From Zygnema circumcarinatum SAG 698-1b (lineage: Eukaryota > Plantae > Zygnematophyceae): 64,000 nucleotides of DNA. The notes under the pieces were generated by a model. The model saw nothing but the letters and a program-made list of their open reading frames with translations. It searched no databases and was not told the origin of the DNA. This document shows, piece after piece, positions 63,162 to 64,000 of the stretch; the stretch's first letter is position 1, and every line of letters starts with the position of its first letter. Made by a program: the position numbers and the translations under genes. The DNA lies in assembly GCA_037447605.1 (NCBI GenBank), contig CM074812.1, forward strand, positions 930,001 through 994,000, given 5' to 3'.

Positions 63162-63448
63162 AAACCCTAATTTGCAAACATTCACGACCGGTGCCGGCTG
63201 TCCATAAAACCAGGCTACTTACTTTCACAGAATTCAATCACATAAACTCTAATCCTGATAGGCCTTACGGCCTATGTTACCCCGCATTCGCCTTCCCCCC
63301 TCCCACTTCCCACGTGCCATGGACGTCTAAACGGAGAAACAAGCGGCTTTCAGCGAGAATGTGTTATCGCGAAAGCGGGCCCATGAAAGAGAGTGCAGAA
63401 AGAGAGGGAGAGAGAAAATGCGAGGCCCAAAAGTTCACATAACCCTAA
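63162..63448 (-). promoter_or_regulatory. Telo-boxes (AAACCCTA at 63162 and 63441) and site II elements (GGCCCA at 63378 and 63424) upstream of RPS7
   Basis: Motifs read directly; the telo-box + site II pairing is established for plant ribosomal protein promoters. Confidence 0.55.
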
Positions 63449-64000
63449 ACTACAACCCTACCCTACCCTACCCTATACAGAGCTCAACAGTCTCCAACTG
63501 AAAGAGCAGGAAGCCTTTACTGCTATGCCGGTGTGCATGTTGCAACAGGGCGGCCTTGGCGGCAGGTGCTCACCTCTAGAGGGCGCGCTGCGAGCAGGAG
63601 AGGGAGCCCGGACGGAGCCTCGCGGGGGAGGAGGCGCGGCGGAAAGGGCCGGCGCGGAGGGCTGCAACCTCTTTATACTTGTCCAACCCTAAAATTTGGA
63701 CAGCGGCAGCCGTCGATTGGCACCACGTGGAACCATCTGGACCGTTGGTTGGATCGGAGCTCGGCCCTGAACCCTCTGACGAGCTGCGTGCGTCACATGA
63801 TGGCTGAATAGCAGGCGGTTTATATGTGCAGTTCTTTGGGTCCCGTTACAGTTCGCAGTTCCTAGTTCACCGTTTAACAGGTAACTGGTTTGCTCAAAGT
63901 TCTCACGACGGCCTTCTCTGCAGTTCAGTTACGGCGAGATGCTAAAAATGAAATATGATTCCAGTTATAAAGTTCTCCATGGGCTCTGTACGGATATTCT

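Overview
Eukaryotic, intron-containing, repeat-rich genomic DNA with several N gaps. It is plant-lineage; a streptophyte green alga is my inference from the gene content, TTTAGGG-like motifs and intron style. Five spliced host genes are supported: RPP30 (+, 5' end unresolved), a LIMR/LMBR1-family membrane protein (+), a DUF538 protein (-), a large gene (-) that fuses three EGF-like + GT47 (exostosin) modules in one reading frame, and 40S ribosomal protein RPS7 (-). The first coding intron of RPS7 holds a tandem array with 8 near-intact copies (plus 1 decayed copy) of a box C/D snoRNA that has two LSU-rRNA antisense guides, interleaved with a second conserved structured block. The middle of the window (about 23.4-54 kb) is a transposon nest. 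It contains an 805-bp non-autonomous DNA transposon (TIRs, 8-bp TSD, central hairpin) and a Helitron-type DUF6570 ORF split by a Copia element (TSD AGACT) that itself holds an inverted Copia. It also contains a chromodomain Gypsy nest inserted into a foldback element. Many long ORFs in the track are artefacts of (CCCCT)n, (GA)n and (TG)n repeats. All family assignments come from recalled motifs, not database searches.
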